Origin: Pseudomonadota bacterium
Lineage (GTDB): Bacteria; UBA10199; 2-02-FULL-44-16; DYJF01
DNA length: 64,000 nt
Assembly: GCA_043823065.1 (NCBI GenBank)
Contig: JBDRBB010000010.1
Coordinates: forward strand, 128,001-192,000
Direction of reading: 5' to 3'
Positions 28,764 to 39,901 of this stretch are shown one piece after another. Both the position numbers and the translations under genes were made by a program. Positions within the stretch are counted from its first letter, which is position 1; each line of letters begins with the position of its first letter. The notes below the pieces were generated by a model. That model worked only from the letters and a program-made list of their open reading frames with translations. It was not told the DNA's origin and searched no databases.

Positions 28764-30742
28764 TGTTTAAGCTTCACACAGAATTTTCGCCAGCAGGTGA
28801 CCAGCCCCAAGCAATCGAAAAACTTACCCAGGGAATTCTTAAAGGCCAGAAATATCAAGTTTTGATGGGAGTAACAGGTAGCGGCAAAACTTTTTCCATG
28901 GCGCACGTCATTGCCAATGTTAGTAAACCAACCTTGATCATGGCGCCCAATAAAACCTTGGCCGCCCAGCTTTACGCTGAATTCAAAGACTTATTTCCTG
29001 AAAATGCAGTTGAATATTTTATTAGTTATTATGATTATTACCAGCCTGAAGCTTATCTTCCTGCCCAAGATTTATATATAGAAAAAGATTCAGCAATTAA
29101 TGAGCAAATCGATAAGCTGCGCCATTCAGCAACCCACAGCCTATTAACCAGAAGAGATGTGATTATTGTTGCCTCAGTTTCTTGCATCTATGGTTTGGGT
29201 TCGCCAGAAGCCTACCAAGGAATGCTGGTGCGTTTAAAAGCTGGAAAAAATCTGGATCGCCAGGAATTATTATCCAAACTCATTGAGATCCAATATGAAC
29301 GCAATGATTATGATTTTCACCGCGGAACTTTTCGGGTGCGCGGGGATGTTGTAGAAGTGTTTCCGACCTATGAAGATGCCAAGGCAGTTCGCTTTGAGTT
29401 TTTTGGAGATGAACTGGAAAAAATTATAGAAATAGATTCTTTAACTGCCAAACAATTAGGTGAGTTAAAAGAAGCAGCGATTTATCCAGCCAGTCATTAT
29501 GTTACTGAGCAAGAGCGCCTAAAACAGGCTATTCAAGGAATTAAGCAAGAGCTGGCAAGTCAAATAGAGTTTTTTCATAAGCATAATAAAGTATTAGAAA
29601 AAGCGCGTATTGAACAGCGCACCAGATTTGATTTGGAAATGATTGAAGAAATTGGTTTTTGTAAAGGCATTGAAAACTATTCTCGATATTTAACCGGTCG
29701 GGAAGCTGGCCAGCCTCCACCGACTTTAATTGAATATTTTCCGCGCGACTTTTTGTTATTCATGGATGAAAGCCATATTTCCGTGCCTCAAGTTAATGGT
29801 ATGTATCATGGGGATCGCTCGCGCAAACAAACTTTGGTAGAACATGGATTTAGACTGCCTTCAGCTTTGGATAATCGTCCACTCAAATTTGAGGAATTTG
29901 AACAAAACATTAATCAAGCAATTTTTGTTTCAGCAACACCTAGTGATTATGAAATGCAAAAAGTTAATGGCCAAGTTGTAGAACAAGTAATTAGGCCAAC
30001 AGGTCTAATGGATCCAGAAGTTGAAGTGCGCAAAACCGGGAATCAACTAGATGACTTGTTGTCAGAAATTAAACTCAGGGTGCAAAAACACGAAAGAGTT
30101 TTAGTGACCACCTTAACTAAACGCATGGCCGAGGAGTTAACTGAATATTTAAAAAACAAAGGACAAAAAGTACGTTATCTACATTCAGATGTTGAATCTT
30201 TGGAGCGCGTGGAAATTATTCGCGCTTTGCGCAAAGGTGAATTTGATGTGCTGGTTGGTATAAATTTATTAAGAGAGGGGCTTGATCTACCAGAAGTTTC
30301 TTTAGTAGCCATCTTAGATGCAGATAAAGAAGGTTTTTTAAGATCAGAAAGATCTTTAATTCAAACTTTTGGCAGGACTGCCCGCAATGTAAATGGCCGA
30401 GTAATTTTATATGCTGACAGCCAAACCAAATCTATGAAAAAAGCCATGGCAGAAACCAGCCGGCGTCGCCAAATTCAAGGAGAATATAATATTAAACATG
30501 GTATTACTCCAGAAAGCATAAAAAAGAAGATAAGCGATGTTTTGCATTCTATTTATGAAGCAGATTATGCCAAGGTCCCGGATATTGAAGAAGAGATAGA
30601 ATTTTCAGTTGAAGAGCTACCCAAACATATTGAAAGTTTAAGACGGCAGATGCTAAAAGCAGCTAAAAGATTGGATTTTGAAACAGCAGCCCAGATTAGG
30701 GATAAAATTAAATATTTGGAAACCAAGGCTCTTATCGTATAA
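28763..30742 (+). CDS. uvrB: Excinuclease ABC subunit B
   Basis: [36 protein letters not shown]-terminal UVR domain. Confidence 0.97.
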   Translation: MFKLHTEFSPAGDQPQAIEKLTQGILKGQKYQVLMGVTGSGKTFSMAHVIANVSKPTLIMAPNKTLAAQLYAEFKDLFPENAVEYFISYYDYYQPEAYLPAQDLYIEKDSAINEQIDKLRHSATHSLLTRRDVIIVASVSCIYGLGSPEAYQGMLVRLKAGKNLDRQELLSKLIEIQYERNDYDFHRGTFRVRGDVVEVFPTYEDAKAVRFEFFGDELEKIIEIDSLTAKQLGELKEAAIYPASHYVTEQERLKQAIQGIKQELASQIEFFHKHNKVLEKARIEQRTRFDLEMIEEIGFCKGIENYSRYLTGREAGQPPPTLIEYFPRDFLLFMDESHISVPQVNGMYHGDRSRKQTLVEHGFRLPSALDNRPLKFEEFEQNINQAIFVSATPSDYEMQKVNGQVVEQVIRPTGLMDPEVEVRKTGNQLDDLLSEIKLRVQKHERVLVTTLTKRMAEELTEYLKNKGQKVRYLHSDVESLERVEIIRALRKGEFDVLVGINLLREGLDLPEVSLVAILDADKEGFLRSERSLIQTFGRTARNVNGRVILYADSQTKSMKKAMAETSRRRQIQGEYNIKHGITPESIKKKISDVLHSIYEADYAKVPDIEEEIEFSVEELPKHIESLRRQMLKAAKRLDFETAAQIRDKIKYLETKALIV

Positions 30743-30776
30743 CTTACTGAAAAGAATTGATTTTATCCTTAGTTGG

Positions 30777-30865
30777 TGTCATTCTGATACCTACAAAATA
30801 GGGCGAAGAATCTCAAAAAGCTTGGGGATTCTTCTCCTTCGACAAGCTCAGGATCAGGATTGCTT
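30777..30865. repeat. REP-like composite palindrome (GTCATTCTGA..GAAGAATC..GATTCTTC..CTTCGACAAGCTCAGG)
   Basis: GTCATT-initiated element related to 1663, 5485, 40169. Confidence 0.55.
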
Positions 30866-30922
30866 AGAAAATACAAAAATTTGCATTTTCTAAGCAACTT
30901 TTTGGTTAGATTAGTCGATAAT
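30855..30922 (+). promoter_or_regulatory. 47-bp palindrome overlapping GCAAC-N17-CGATAAT motif
   Basis: Near-identical to 50159-50227. Confidence 0.6.
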
Positions 30923-30975
30923 ATTTATAAAATATAAAATAGCGGAACTTGTATGTGTAATCGAAAGGAGTATTT

Positions 30976-32142
30976 ATGAGGAAGTTTTTAGTTGTTTTGG
31001 TAGTTGTTTTTGCAGTTGCTCTCCCAAGTTTTAGTTTTGCAGATGCTGGTTATGATGGTGGTTTTTATATTAAAAATTCTGAAGATACATTTAAACTTAA
31101 AATTAATGGTCGCATTCAACCAGAATTTTTCTTTACCAAACAAACCATTGCTCCGACTAAGCAAGCTAGCTTTGGTTTAAGAAGGGCTGAAACTTCCTTT
31201 ACTGCCACGATTAGAGAAAAACTTAGCTTTGGAGTTGGTTTTAAACATGCCACTAACTCTCAAGATTTTTCCGGTGTAAATATTACTGGGGGCACAATGT
31301 CTTATGAATTTGTGCCAGAGTTTACTATCACCGCTGGTATGGTTGGACTTCCTTTAAGCATGATGGCTGACATGAGTTCTAAATGGTTTCTTTTAACCAG
31401 ATCTCCTATTACTGATGTTCAAGACGATGGTGTTGAAGATTTTACAATTCCCAGATTAAGCTTTAGTGTTCCAGATGGTTTAGGCCTAAATTTTTCCGGT
31501 AGCAGGTGGAAATTTTATTATTCGCTTAGTGTAGTCAATGGCGCTGAATCTAATTATACCTGGAATACTAATAATAGATTTTCTTTTGGTGCCAGGGTTG
31601 GTTTTAATATCTTAGGTTCAGTTGGTGGTTCAATGACTGACTTTGCCTGTTCAGATGCTCCCAATTTGGCAGTTAGCCTTGGCAGTATGTATCAAGCTAA
31701 ACGTAATTATTTTGTTGGCGCTAATAACACTACTAACCCAACTCAAATTGGATATTTATGGACCTCTAGCGCAGGTATTGCGTTGCGTTGGGGAGGTTTT
31801 TCGCTTACTACTGAAGGTTACTGGCGTCGCACCAAAATTAATGCCCAAGGAGCTGCTGTTTGGTGGAGACCAAAACTTGATGATATTGGTTATTATGCTG
31901 CAGTTGGTTACTATATTGTACCCAAGACTTTTGAAGTGGCCCTGCAGGCCGGGCAAATTATTCGTGAAGGCCCAGATAACAACTCTCATTCTTTTGGTGG
32001 TGGTTTGAACTGGTATATCTTTGATAATAACCTAAAGATGCAACTTTCTTATATTTGGACTGAAGATTATGATGATATTTGGGGAGCTGCGAATAGCAAC
32101 CACATTCATAATATTATGTTAATGACCAGTGCTGCTTTTTAA
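30976..32142 (+). CDS. Outer-membrane porin (phosphate-selective OprO/P-like)
   Basis: Signal peptide; F.LKINGRIQ, F.LRRA, GGGLNWY; C-terminal Phe. Confidence 0.75.
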   Translation: MRKFLVVLVVVFAVALPSFSFADAGYDGGFYIKNSEDTFKLKINGRIQPEFFFTKQTIAPTKQASFGLRRAETSFTATIREKLSFGVGFKHATNSQDFSGVNITGGTMSYEFVPEFTITAGMVGLPLSMMADMSSKWFLLTRSPITDVQDDGVEDFTIPRLSFSVPDGLGLNFSGSRWKFYYSLSVVNGAESNYTWNTNNRFSFGARVGFNILGSVGGSMTDFACSDAPNLAVSLGSMYQAKRNYFVGANNTTNPTQIGYLWTSSAGIALRWGGFSLTTEGYWRRTKINAQGAAVWWRPKLDDIGYYAAVGYYIVPKTFEVALQAGQIIREGPDNNSHSFGGGLNWYIFDNNLKMQLSYIWTEDYDDIWGAANSNHIHNIMLMTSAAF

Positions 32143-32233
32143 GCAGTAATGAAGCATGTTAACAAGAGGCCATGGTTTTTGACCATGGTCTTTTTTTTGC
32201 AATATGTTTATGGTAAGCTAGTTCAAGGACAAA

Positions 32234-33886
32234 ATGAATCTTCTATCAAAAATAAAACAATTTCCTACCAGACCAGGAATTTATCTTTTTAAAGATGGTG
32301 CAGGTAAGGTTTTGTATGTGGGTAAGGCCAAATCATTACGCACTAGAGTTAGTAGTTATTTTAAGAATAAAAAAGAACAAACTAGCAAAGTTAAATTCTT
32401 AGTTAAGAAGGCCAAAGAAATTGATTTTATTGTCACTGATACAGAAAAAGAAGCTCTGCTTTTAGAAAACACGCTTATTAAAAAACACAGGCCCTGTTAC
32501 AATATTCAACTCAAAGACGATAAAACCTATGTGAGCATCAGGGTTGGTTTAGATCATCGGTTTCCAGGCATTAACATTACTAGAAGAACGCCAAAAGATG
32601 GCGCTAAATATTTTGGCCCCTATTCTTCTTCAACTGGAGCTAGGGCCACTGTAGATCAGGTTATTAAAACTTTTAAGATTCGTTCTTGTTGTGATCACGA
32701 ATTTGCAAATCGAGTACGCCACTGTTTGGAATTTGATTTAGGTCGTTGCAGCGCGCCCTGTGTTCAAAAAATAACGCAAAAAAATTATTTGGAATGTGTG
32801 GAAGAGTGTTTGCTATTTTTAAAAGGCGCTAACCAAGAATTACTGCAAAGATTAAAAAAACGCATGCAACAAGCTTCAGCTGATATGAAATACGAAGAGG
32901 CAGCTCAGCTTAGAAATGTATTTTTTCAGATCAAAGAAACTTTAGCTAAACAAAATGTAGTAAAACACGAAGGAGGAGATCAAGATTACCTAGGGCTTGC
33001 TTTTGTAGAAAACAAAGCTGCAATTTGTTTATTAATGATGCGAGGTGGTGTTCTTTTAGATCGACGCTCAAATGTGATTAATGAAATTGGAGAGGATCCA
33101 GAAAAAATTATAACCTCTTTTTTGTTAACCAATTATGAATCAGCAGCTGACATTCCTAAATGTATTTATCTTTCGCATAAAGTAGAAAACAAAAATGAAC
33201 ATGAAGCAATCTTGTTTGATAAAAGCGGGCATAACGTTAGCATAAAGGTTCCGCAGCGAGGCCCCTCAAAACAATTAGTAGATCTGGCTTGTAAAAATGC
33301 TGGGGAGACCCTTAAACTTAGGCTTCAAGAATCCAAGAGCATAGAGCATGTTTTAAATATGCTTCAAAAAAAATTAAAATTAAAAACAGAACCAGGACGC
33401 ATTGAGTGTCTTGATATTACTAACCTGCAAGGTAAACAAGCTTATGGATCTTTAGTTAGTTTTCATAGAGGAGCGCCAGACAAGAATAATTATCGCTTGT
33501 ACAGCATTCAAACCTTAAAAACACCAGATGATTATCAAATGATGCATGAAGTTTTGTGGCGGCGCTATTCAAAATTTAAACAAACAACTTTGCCTCTGCC
33601 AGATTTATTATTAATTGATGGTGGTAAGGGGCAGCTTGGTGTGGCTAAAGCTGTTTTAGATGAGTTAGGTTTAAAAGATTTGTCAGTAGCTGCAATTGCC
33701 AAGGGAAAACAAGGTGAAGAAGATAAGATTTTTTTGCCTGGTCGCAAAAATCCAGTTAAGTTTACCAAGAATTCGCCAGCCCTGCTTTTACTAAAAAAGA
33801 TTAGAGATGAAGCTCACCGTTTTGGAATAACAGCCCATAGAAAAAAAAGAATTAAAGATACTATAAATCAGGCGTCGAATGATTGA
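32234..33886 (+). CDS. uvrC: Excinuclease ABC subunit C, lacking C-terminal HhH domain
   Basis: GIY-YIG (PGIY..YVGKAK), Cys cluster, RIECLDI, DGGKGQL, IRDEAHRF; ends about 20 aa later. Confidence 0.93.
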   Translation: MNLLSKIKQFPTRPGIYLFKDGAGKVLYVGKAKSLRTRVSSYFKNKKEQTSKVKFLVKKAKEIDFIVTDTEKEALLLENTLIKKHRPCYNIQLKDDKTYVSIRVGLDHRFPGINITRRTPKDGAKYFGPYSSSTGARATVDQVIKTFKIRSCCDHEFANRVRHCLEFDLGRCSAPCVQKITQKNYLECVEECLLFLKGANQELLQRLKKRMQQASADMKYEEAAQLRNVFFQIKETLAKQNVVKHEGGDQDYLGLAFVENKAAICLLMMRGGVLLDRRSNVINEIGEDPEKIITSFLLTNYESAADIPKCIYLSHKVENKNEHEAILFDKSGHNVSIKVPQRGPSKQLVDLACKNAGETLKLRLQESKSIEHVLNMLQKKLKLKTEPGRIECLDITNLQGKQAYGSLVSFHRGAPDKNNYRLYSIQTLKTPDDYQMMHEVLWRRYSKFKQTTLPLPDLLLIDGGKGQLGVAKAVLDELGLKDLSVAAIAKGKQGEEDKIFLPGRKNPVKFTKNSPALLLLKKIRDEAHRFGITAHRKKRIKDTINQASND

Positions 33887-33991
33887 CGCTTGGGGTTCTA
33901 ATTTACCAACCTGATAAACGTCTTATAATCTAAATTTTAATAAATAATAATAATATCATCTAGTTAGAAACAAATGTTTTCTTTCAGGCTT

Positions 33992-34007
33992 TGGCACATG
34001 CCTTGCT
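33992..34007 (+). promoter_or_regulatory. Sigma-54 promoter
   Basis: TGGCACATGCCTTGCT; near-IHF site at 33954. Confidence 0.75.
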
Positions 34008-34036
34008 AGTTTAATAAGGCGGAGGCTTGAAAGATC

Positions 34037-34291
34037 ATGAAGAGTGAATTTACTAAAGCAGATCAGCAAGTATTAGAAAAAGTTTTGCAGGGGAGTTTTG
34101 GGGGACTCTCCTCAGTTGATCCAGCTATTCTTTCCTGCGGTGGAATTTATGTGCCCCATCAAAATGAAACTCAAAGAGTAATTTATCGGATTATTATCAC
34201 TTCTAACCAGGAAATGCCGGTAAAAGTGGTTACTGGAGTCAGGCCCAAGAATATTTTACATTTATTAATGCAAAAAGAAGCAATGAATTAA
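34037..34291 (+). CDS. Small hypothetical protein
   Basis: RBS GGAGG, sigma-54 promoter, downstream terminator 34313-34351. Confidence 0.6.
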   Translation: MKSEFTKADQQVLEKVLQGSFGGLSSVDPAILSCGGIYVPHQNETQRVIYRIIITSNQEMPVKVVTGVRPKNILHLLMQKEAMN

Positions 34292-34349
34292 AAATATAGT
34301 TCCTCTTCACAGAAGGGCTGTTTTACTTTGCGCGGTAAAACAGCCTTTT

Positions 34350-35393
34350 TTATAGCTTAAAAAAATTAGCAATTGATTCTGAATATGGGGCTTTGGCAAT
34401 ACCCTTTTCAGTAATAATGGCTGTGATTAGTTCTGCAGGCGTAACATCAAAGGCAGGATTAATTATTTCTATTAAATCAGGTGTAATTTGGGTAGTGCCG
34501 ATTTTTCGTATCTCGTTATGATCTCTTTCTTCAATTGGGATAAGAGTTCCATCGGTAATCGTGCGATCAATGGTAGATAAAGGGGCAGCGACATAAAAAG
34601 GGATAGCATGTTTTTGAGCCAGCACAGCCACAGTATAGGTGCCAATTTTATTAGCCACATCACCATTGGCTGCAATGCGGTCAGCACCCACGATTATAGC
34701 ATTAACTAGACCTTGGCGCATAACTAGACCAGCCATGTTATCTGTAATTACTGTAGTTTTGATTCCATGCTTTTGCATTTCCCAAGCAGTTAGTCTGGCG
34801 CCTTGCAAAAGAGGTCTGGTTTCATCAGCAATCACGCTAATTTGTTTACCTGCATCATGAGCGCTATAAATTATACCCAAGGCTGTGCCATAACCAGCAG
34901 TAGCCAGCGCACCAGCGTTGCAATGGGTTAAAACTGTATCTCCATCTTTGAGTAGTTCTTGGCCAAGTCTGCCGATGGCGCGGTTAGATTCAATATCTTC
35001 GTGATAAATTTTTAAGGCTTCAACTTTTAGTATTTCAATCAATTCAGGCACTGGCTTTTCTTTGTTTGACAAAATTTTAGCCTTCATTCTTTCCAGGGCC
35101 CAAAAAGGGTTAACCGCAGTTGGCCGGGCATTAGCCAGACGATTAGCTGCAGTTAAAACTTTTTCATAAAAAGTATCAAAATTATTTACCCCAAATCCTT
35201 GGGCAGCCAAAGCCAGGCCCATGGCTGCCGCGACACCTATTGCTGGTGCACCTCGAATGGCCATATTTTTTATGGCTTGAGCAACCTGGACATAATCTTC
35301 ACAAGTAATGTAAACTTCTTTGGTAGGAAGAAGCCGTTGATCTAACATCACTACTTTATCGTTTTTCCATTCAATTGTTTTAATCAAAAACAT
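34350..35393 (-). CDS. mtnA: S-methyl-5-thioribose-1-phosphate isomerase
   Basis: IRGAPAIG, RPTAVN, LTHCNAG.LAT, ETRP..QGARLTAWE, NPAFDVTP. Confidence 0.95.
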   Translation of the reverse strand: MFLIKTIEWKNDKVVMLDQRLLPTKEVYITCEDYVQVAQAIKNMAIRGAPAIGVAAAMGLALAAQGFGVNNFDTFYEKVLTAANRLANARPTAVNPFWALERMKAKILSNKEKPVPELIEILKVEALKIYHEDIESNRAIGRLGQELLKDGDTVLTHCNAGALATAGYGTALGIIYSAHDAGKQISVIADETRPLLQGARLTAWEMQKHGIKTTVITDNMAGLVMRQGLVNAIIVGADRIAANGDVANKIGTYTVAVLAQKHAIPFYVAAPLSTIDRTITDGTLIPIEERDHNEIRKIGTTQITPDLIEIINPAFDVTPAELITAIITEKGIAKAPYSESIANFFKL

Positions 35394-35429
35394 TGGTTGT
35401 TCCTCAAATATTATGCAGTTTCTTTTGCC

Positions 35430-35753
35430 TTATTCTTCATAAGTTTCTTTATCAAAATTAAATAAGCTAAGTAAACTTTCTAAAATCTTATTTTCCTTGC
35501 CGCAAAGATTTTCCAAGACTTGTTCTTCCAAAAAAACACCGCCACAATTAAAACATTTATCGATATGAATACCTTTATAGGTTATTTCTTCTAATTCCAG
35601 GCCACAAGCTGGACAATGATGCCAATGTTCTTGTTTTAATTTACTTAATTCTTCTTTAGCCAAAGCTTGTCTTTTTTCTTGAGCTAATTTTTTCATTTGC
35701 ACTACATCTTTTTTACCAAAATATTCTTTTTCTGGTTGAGGTCGTTTAGGCAT
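35430..35753 (-). CDS. Zinc-ribbon (zf-TFIIB-like) protein
   Basis: E.EYF, CPAC...IDKC..CGGVFL. Confidence 0.75.
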   Translation of the reverse strand: MPKRPQPEKEYFGKKDVVQMKKLAQEKRQALAKEELSKLKQEHWHHCPACGLELEEITYKGIHIDKCFNCGGVFLEEQVLENLCGKENKILESLLSLFNFDKETYEE

Positions 35754-35878
35754 AACACCTCCTTATTTAAGGAGCTTATCTCGTAACTCGTAAGTAAAAG
35801 CCATGTCAAGTGTTCCTCTTAACACTAGGCAACATTTACTTATAGCCTGTACTTTATCGATATGTTATAAAAGATTTT

Positions 35879-36676
35879 ATGGAGCAAATTCCTAATTGGA
35901 TAAATTTTTTGTTTGCCGGGATGTTTGGAGCCTTAGTGGGCAGTTTTTTGAATGTGTGTATTGTGCGTCTTCCTAGGGAAGAATCAATTATACTGCCACG
36001 ATCTCATTGCCGTTCATGCGAACATCAACTCTCGTGGTGGGAAAATATTCCCATATTTAGTTATTTGATCTTAAAGGGCAAGTGTCGCCATTGCCAAGAA
36101 CAGATTCCAGTTCGTTATCCAGCAGTGGAATTAATTACTATAATGTTATCTTTAACTTGTTGGAAATTTTTAGGCCAATTTAACCTATATACAGCATATT
36201 TTTTACTCTTAGTTTGTCCTTTAATTGTGGTTACTTTTATAGATTTAGAATTTCGTATTATTCCTAATCAAATTACCTTACCAGGTATTGCTGCTGGTTT
36301 TTTAGTCAGTATCTTTTTTGCAGGTAAGTATACTTATTATGAAGCTGCTCTTAATAGTATGTTGGGAATTTTAGTAGGCGGAGGTTTTTTATATTTAGTG
36401 GCTTTTATTTATGAAAAACTAAAAAAAGCTGAAGGAATGGGTGGAGGTGATGTAAAATTAGCAGCAATGTTAGGTGCTTTTTTTGGTTGGCGAGCAGCAA
36501 TTTTTATTTTATTTGCCAGTTCAGTGCTTGGTTCTTTAGTTGGTTTGCTTCTATTGATTATTAAAAAGAAAGATGCCAAGTTTGCCTTCCCTTTTGGCCC
36601 CTTTTTGGCCTTAGCAGGGCTCATTTACTTCTTTTTTGGTAAGCAAATTATTGGTTGGTATTTAGGTCTTTTTTAG
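35879..36676 (+). CDS. pilD: Type IV prepilin peptidase/N-methyltransferase
   Basis: GSFLNV.I.RLP, two CxxC, ID...IIP, GMGGGDVKL, PFGPFL. Confidence 0.94.
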   Translation: MEQIPNWINFLFAGMFGALVGSFLNVCIVRLPREESIILPRSHCRSCEHQLSWWENIPIFSYLILKGKCRHCQEQIPVRYPAVELITIMLSLTCWKFLGQFNLYTAYFLLLVCPLIVVTFIDLEFRIIPNQITLPGIAAGFLVSIFFAGKYTYYEAALNSMLGILVGGGFLYLVAFIYEKLKKAEGMGGGDVKLAAMLGAFFGWRAAIFILFASSVLGSLVGLLLLIIKKKDAKFAFPFGPFLALAGLIYFFFGKQIIGWYLGLF

Positions 36677-36822
36677 TATAAAATAGGCTACAATTTAATA
36701 AAATTAATATATAATTTGGCTTTATTCCATTATATATATAGAACACTTGACTATTTTTAAAGGTTCTGTTCTATTTGGGGCACATTCAACAACAAAGTAT
36801 TTATTCAATCTGGAGATTAACA

Positions 36823-37050
36823 ATGACCACCCATCATATAAAAGAAACTATTAAAAACAATGTTCGTCAATTTCGTGAAAAACTTTTAATGAGCAAAGCA
36901 GAGCTGGCCAGAAAAGCTGGTTTGTCAGCATTGACTATTGATCGCATTGAACGCGGAATGAAATGTCGCATGGATACCAAAAGAAAAATTCTTTTAGCTC
37001 TAAATTTAGAACTTGCTGCTAAAGACCAAATTTTTCCAGAACATATTTAA
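36823..37050 (+). CDS. XRE-family helix-turn-helix protein
   Basis: SKAELARKAGLS.LTIDRIE.G..CR.DTKRKI; follows pilD. Confidence 0.85.
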   Translation: MTTHHIKETIKNNVRQFREKLLMSKAELARKAGLSALTIDRIERGMKCRMDTKRKILLALNLELAAKDQIFPEHI

Positions 37051-37099
37051 GAACTTTCTATACTTGCGTCCCTTTGATCTATAGTGTAATTCATAGATC

Positions 37100-37624
37100 A
37101 TGCACCCTGACCTTTTAAACAACTCCCTTTTTCTTCGTTACTATGAACAATGGCAAAAGGATCCAGAGTCAATTGTGTTTGCCCCAATTGCTGATTTCTT
37201 TTTGCGTTATGGCATGGTTGATGAAGCATTTAAAATTTGTCTGCAAGGTTTGAGCCGCCATGAAAATTTAACTACTGGACATATTGTCATGGCTAAGATT
37301 CAGCTTAGTAGAGGTAATGTGGAAGAAGCTGAAGATGCTGTTGCTAAAGTTTTGCAAATAATGCCTTCCAATAAACATGCCCTGCGTTTGTTAGAGGAAG
37401 TTAATGCTTTCAAACTAGGCGAGCACAGTAATATAGAAAGAATTCCTCTTCAAGACCTTGTGAAAAAAGCTAAATCCCCCAAAAAATGGCATACAGTAAC
37501 TATGGCTAATATTTATGCTCAGCAAGGGCATGTAGAAAGAGCCAAAAATATATTTGAGTCTATCTTGGAAAGAGAGCCTGATAACCAAGAAGCTAAAAAA
37601 GGATTAGCAGCAATTACTTCATGA
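37100..37624 (+). CDS. Tetratricopeptide repeat protein
   Basis: DP.S..FAP.A, T.TMA.IY..QG TPR patterns. Confidence 0.8.
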   Translation: MHPDLLNNSLFLRYYEQWQKDPESIVFAPIADFFLRYGMVDEAFKICLQGLSRHENLTTGHIVMAKIQLSRGNVEEAEDAVAKVLQIMPSNKHALRLLEEVNAFKLGEHSNIERIPLQDLVKKAKSPKKWHTVTMANIYAQQGHVERAKNIFESILEREPDNQEAKKGLAAITS

Positions 37625-39039
37625 CCAGCATTCTAAACAAAGAGAGTATTTTAGAACAAGCTCGTCTTTTTGTGGAAGAGGGTAAGTTAGACAAAGCCAT
37701 AACCGAATATAATAAAATTTTGGCTGCTGACCCCTCTGATCTTAGGGTCAAATTGCGCGTAGCCGAGCTATATACCAAGCGCAAACAAATTAATGAAGCC
37801 ATTAAGATTTATCGTGAAGTAGCAGAAAGCTATGCTGCTGAAGAATTCTATCTTAAAGCAGTTACAGTTTTAAAAAATATTTTACGGCTTAATCCCAGTT
37901 TGGTGGATGTCAATTTAATGTTAGCTGAGCTTTATGAACGAATGGGTTTGGTACAAGATGCTATCAGGCAATATGATATATTATCATCTACCCTGGATCA
38001 AAAAGGAGATGCTGCCAAAGCTTTGGAGGTTTGTAAAAAAGTGGTAGATTTAGTACCAGACGCGGAAGCCCCTAGAATTAAATTAGCCGAAATTTTACAG
38101 CGTGAAGGGATGATTGATGAGGCTCTAGATCAATATGAAGCTGTTGCCAGAATGTATGAAAAGCAAAAGCGCAAAGACTTAAAATTAGCTGATATATATG
38201 AAAAAATTTTAGCTCATCGCGATAATATAGAGATGTTAAAATCTCTTTGTCGCATTTACGACAAGGTTGGTGAAAAGAAGAAATTATTAAGATGTATGGA
38301 TCAGGCTAAAAATGTAGCCAGTGTTGATCCAGAACTATTAGAGATGCAAGCAAGGGTGTTTGCTTCCTTAAATCAGATGGAAACAGCAAAAAGCAAATAT
38401 TTGCACTTGGCTGATATTTTTTTGGATGAAGGAAAAAAACACGAGGCACTTAAAACCTATGCTGAAATTTTGATATTAATGCCACATGAGGAGGAAAAAA
38501 TATTTAAGAGAGTGGCTGATTCAGGTGAAGAAGCAGTAGCTGAGCTAAAAAGAATATGGGAACAACGGCGCAAAGAACAAAAAGAACAGGATGTATTAGA
38601 GGAAACAGAGCAAATTACCAAAGAAGAGACTGAGAAACCCAAATCTCAACCTAAACAGCAACCAAAACCCCAGCCACAGCCTAAGTTTGCTGTTGATACA
38701 AGGACAGAAGAAACAAGAATGTTTCAGACAGCTCAGTCGTCCTTGAATTTAGGGGTTGCTTATTGGCGCACCGGTTTAAGAGAAGAAGCTAAGGCAGAAT
38801 TAATTAAAGCCAGAGAAATATTTTTTCAGTTAATCAAAAGCGAAGGTGTTTATAAGGCAAAGGCCCAGAACGAACTAAATAATTTAAATAACTTGCTTTC
38901 ACCTAAAAAAAATGTAGAAAAAGCACCTGTTTCAACAGAAAAATTACAAGTAAAACCAATTCCAGAAAAAAAGCAGAAGCAACCATCTGAAACAAAGACA
39001 ACTTCAGATATAAAGAAAAAAAAGATATCGTTTGTGTAG
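37621..39039 (+). CDS. Tetratricopeptide repeat protein with PQ-rich linker
   Basis: Multiple TPRs; QPKQQPKPQPQPK; KKKISFV terminus. Confidence 0.8.
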   Translation: MTSILNKESILEQARLFVEEGKLDKAITEYNKILAADPSDLRVKLRVAELYTKRKQINEAIKIYREVAESYAAEEFYLKAVTVLKNILRLNPSLVDVNLMLAELYERMGLVQDAIRQYDILSSTLDQKGDAAKALEVCKKVVDLVPDAEAPRIKLAEILQREGMIDEALDQYEAVARMYEKQKRKDLKLADIYEKILAHRDNIEMLKSLCRIYDKVGEKKKLLRCMDQAKNVASVDPELLEMQARVFASLNQMETAKSKYLHLADIFLDEGKKHEALKTYAEILILMPHEEEKIFKRVADSGEEAVAELKRIWEQRRKEQKEQDVLEETEQITKEETEKPKSQPKQQPKPQPQPKFAVDTRTEETRMFQTAQSSLNLGVAYWRTGLREEAKAELIKAREIFFQLIKSEGVYKAKAQNELNNLNNLLSPKKNVEKAPVSTEKLQVKPIPEKKQKQPSETKTTSDIKKKKISFV

Positions 39040-39048
39040 GGGAGCAAA

Positions 39049-39897
39049 ATGGATCATCTGAATTATTATAGTCTTAAAGAAGAACCTTTTACAGTCATGC
39101 CTTTAACAAATTTTTATTACCATAATGATCAGCACGATCAGGCCTTTTTACGCCTGTCCAGAGCTGTGGAAAATATGAAAGGTTTGGCAGTGTTGGTTGG
39201 CGATGTTGGCACTGGTAAAACACTTCTAGCCAGAAGATTATTGGAAGAATTGCCGGAAGAAGAGTATGAGGTATCTTTGTTGGTTATTTTACACTCAGAT
39301 GTTGATAGCGACTGGTTAATCAAGCGCATAGCTCGTCAATTTGGAGTGGAAAATCTTGCAGGAACTAAAGTTGAAGTGCTGCAAAGACTATTTGATCGTT
39401 TAGTCCAAATTTCTGAACAAGGTAAGCGGGCGGTAATTTTAATTGATGAAGCCCAGATGTTAAGAAAACAAGAACTTTTAGAAGAAATTAGAGGACTGCT
39501 TAACTTAGAATTACCCAATCAAAAACTTTTGTCTTTTGTTTTGTTTGGCATGTTGGAGTTAGATGAAACTTTAAAGCTAGAGCAAGCCTTGCAACATCGC
39601 TTGGCAGTGCGTTGTCAGTTAAAAAACTTTTCTCCAGAAGTGGTGAGTGATTATATTCGTTTTCGTTTGTTTCATGCTGGTTGCGATAATCAGGTTTTCT
39701 CTCCAGAAGCCTTGCAAAAAATTCATGCCTATACCAAAGGCAATCCCAGAGTAATAAATGTAGTTTGTGATAATGCCCTGTTTGAAGGTTTTATTCGTAA
39801 GGCAGAAATTCCCATCCCCAGTTCAGTTATTGAAGATGTTGCGGCAGATTTGGGATTAAGTGCAGCAGCTGAGAAGCCCGTCATTCCCCAGACTTAA
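39049..39897 (+). CDS. ExeA/GspA-family AAA ATPase
   Basis: GDVGTGKT, LIDEAQ, G.PR.IN.VCDNAL. Confidence 0.88.
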   Translation: MDHLNYYSLKEEPFTVMPLTNFYYHNDQHDQAFLRLSRAVENMKGLAVLVGDVGTGKTLLARRLLEELPEEEYEVSLLVILHSDVDSDWLIKRIARQFGVENLAGTKVEVLQRLFDRLVQISEQGKRAVILIDEAQMLRKQELLEEIRGLLNLELPNQKLLSFVLFGMLELDETLKLEQALQHRLAVRCQLKNFSPEVVSDYIRFRLFHAGCDNQVFSPEALQKIHAYTKGNPRVINVVCDNALFEGFIRKAEIPIPSSVIEDVAADLGLSAAAEKPVIPQT

Positions 39898-39901
39898 AGT
39901 G

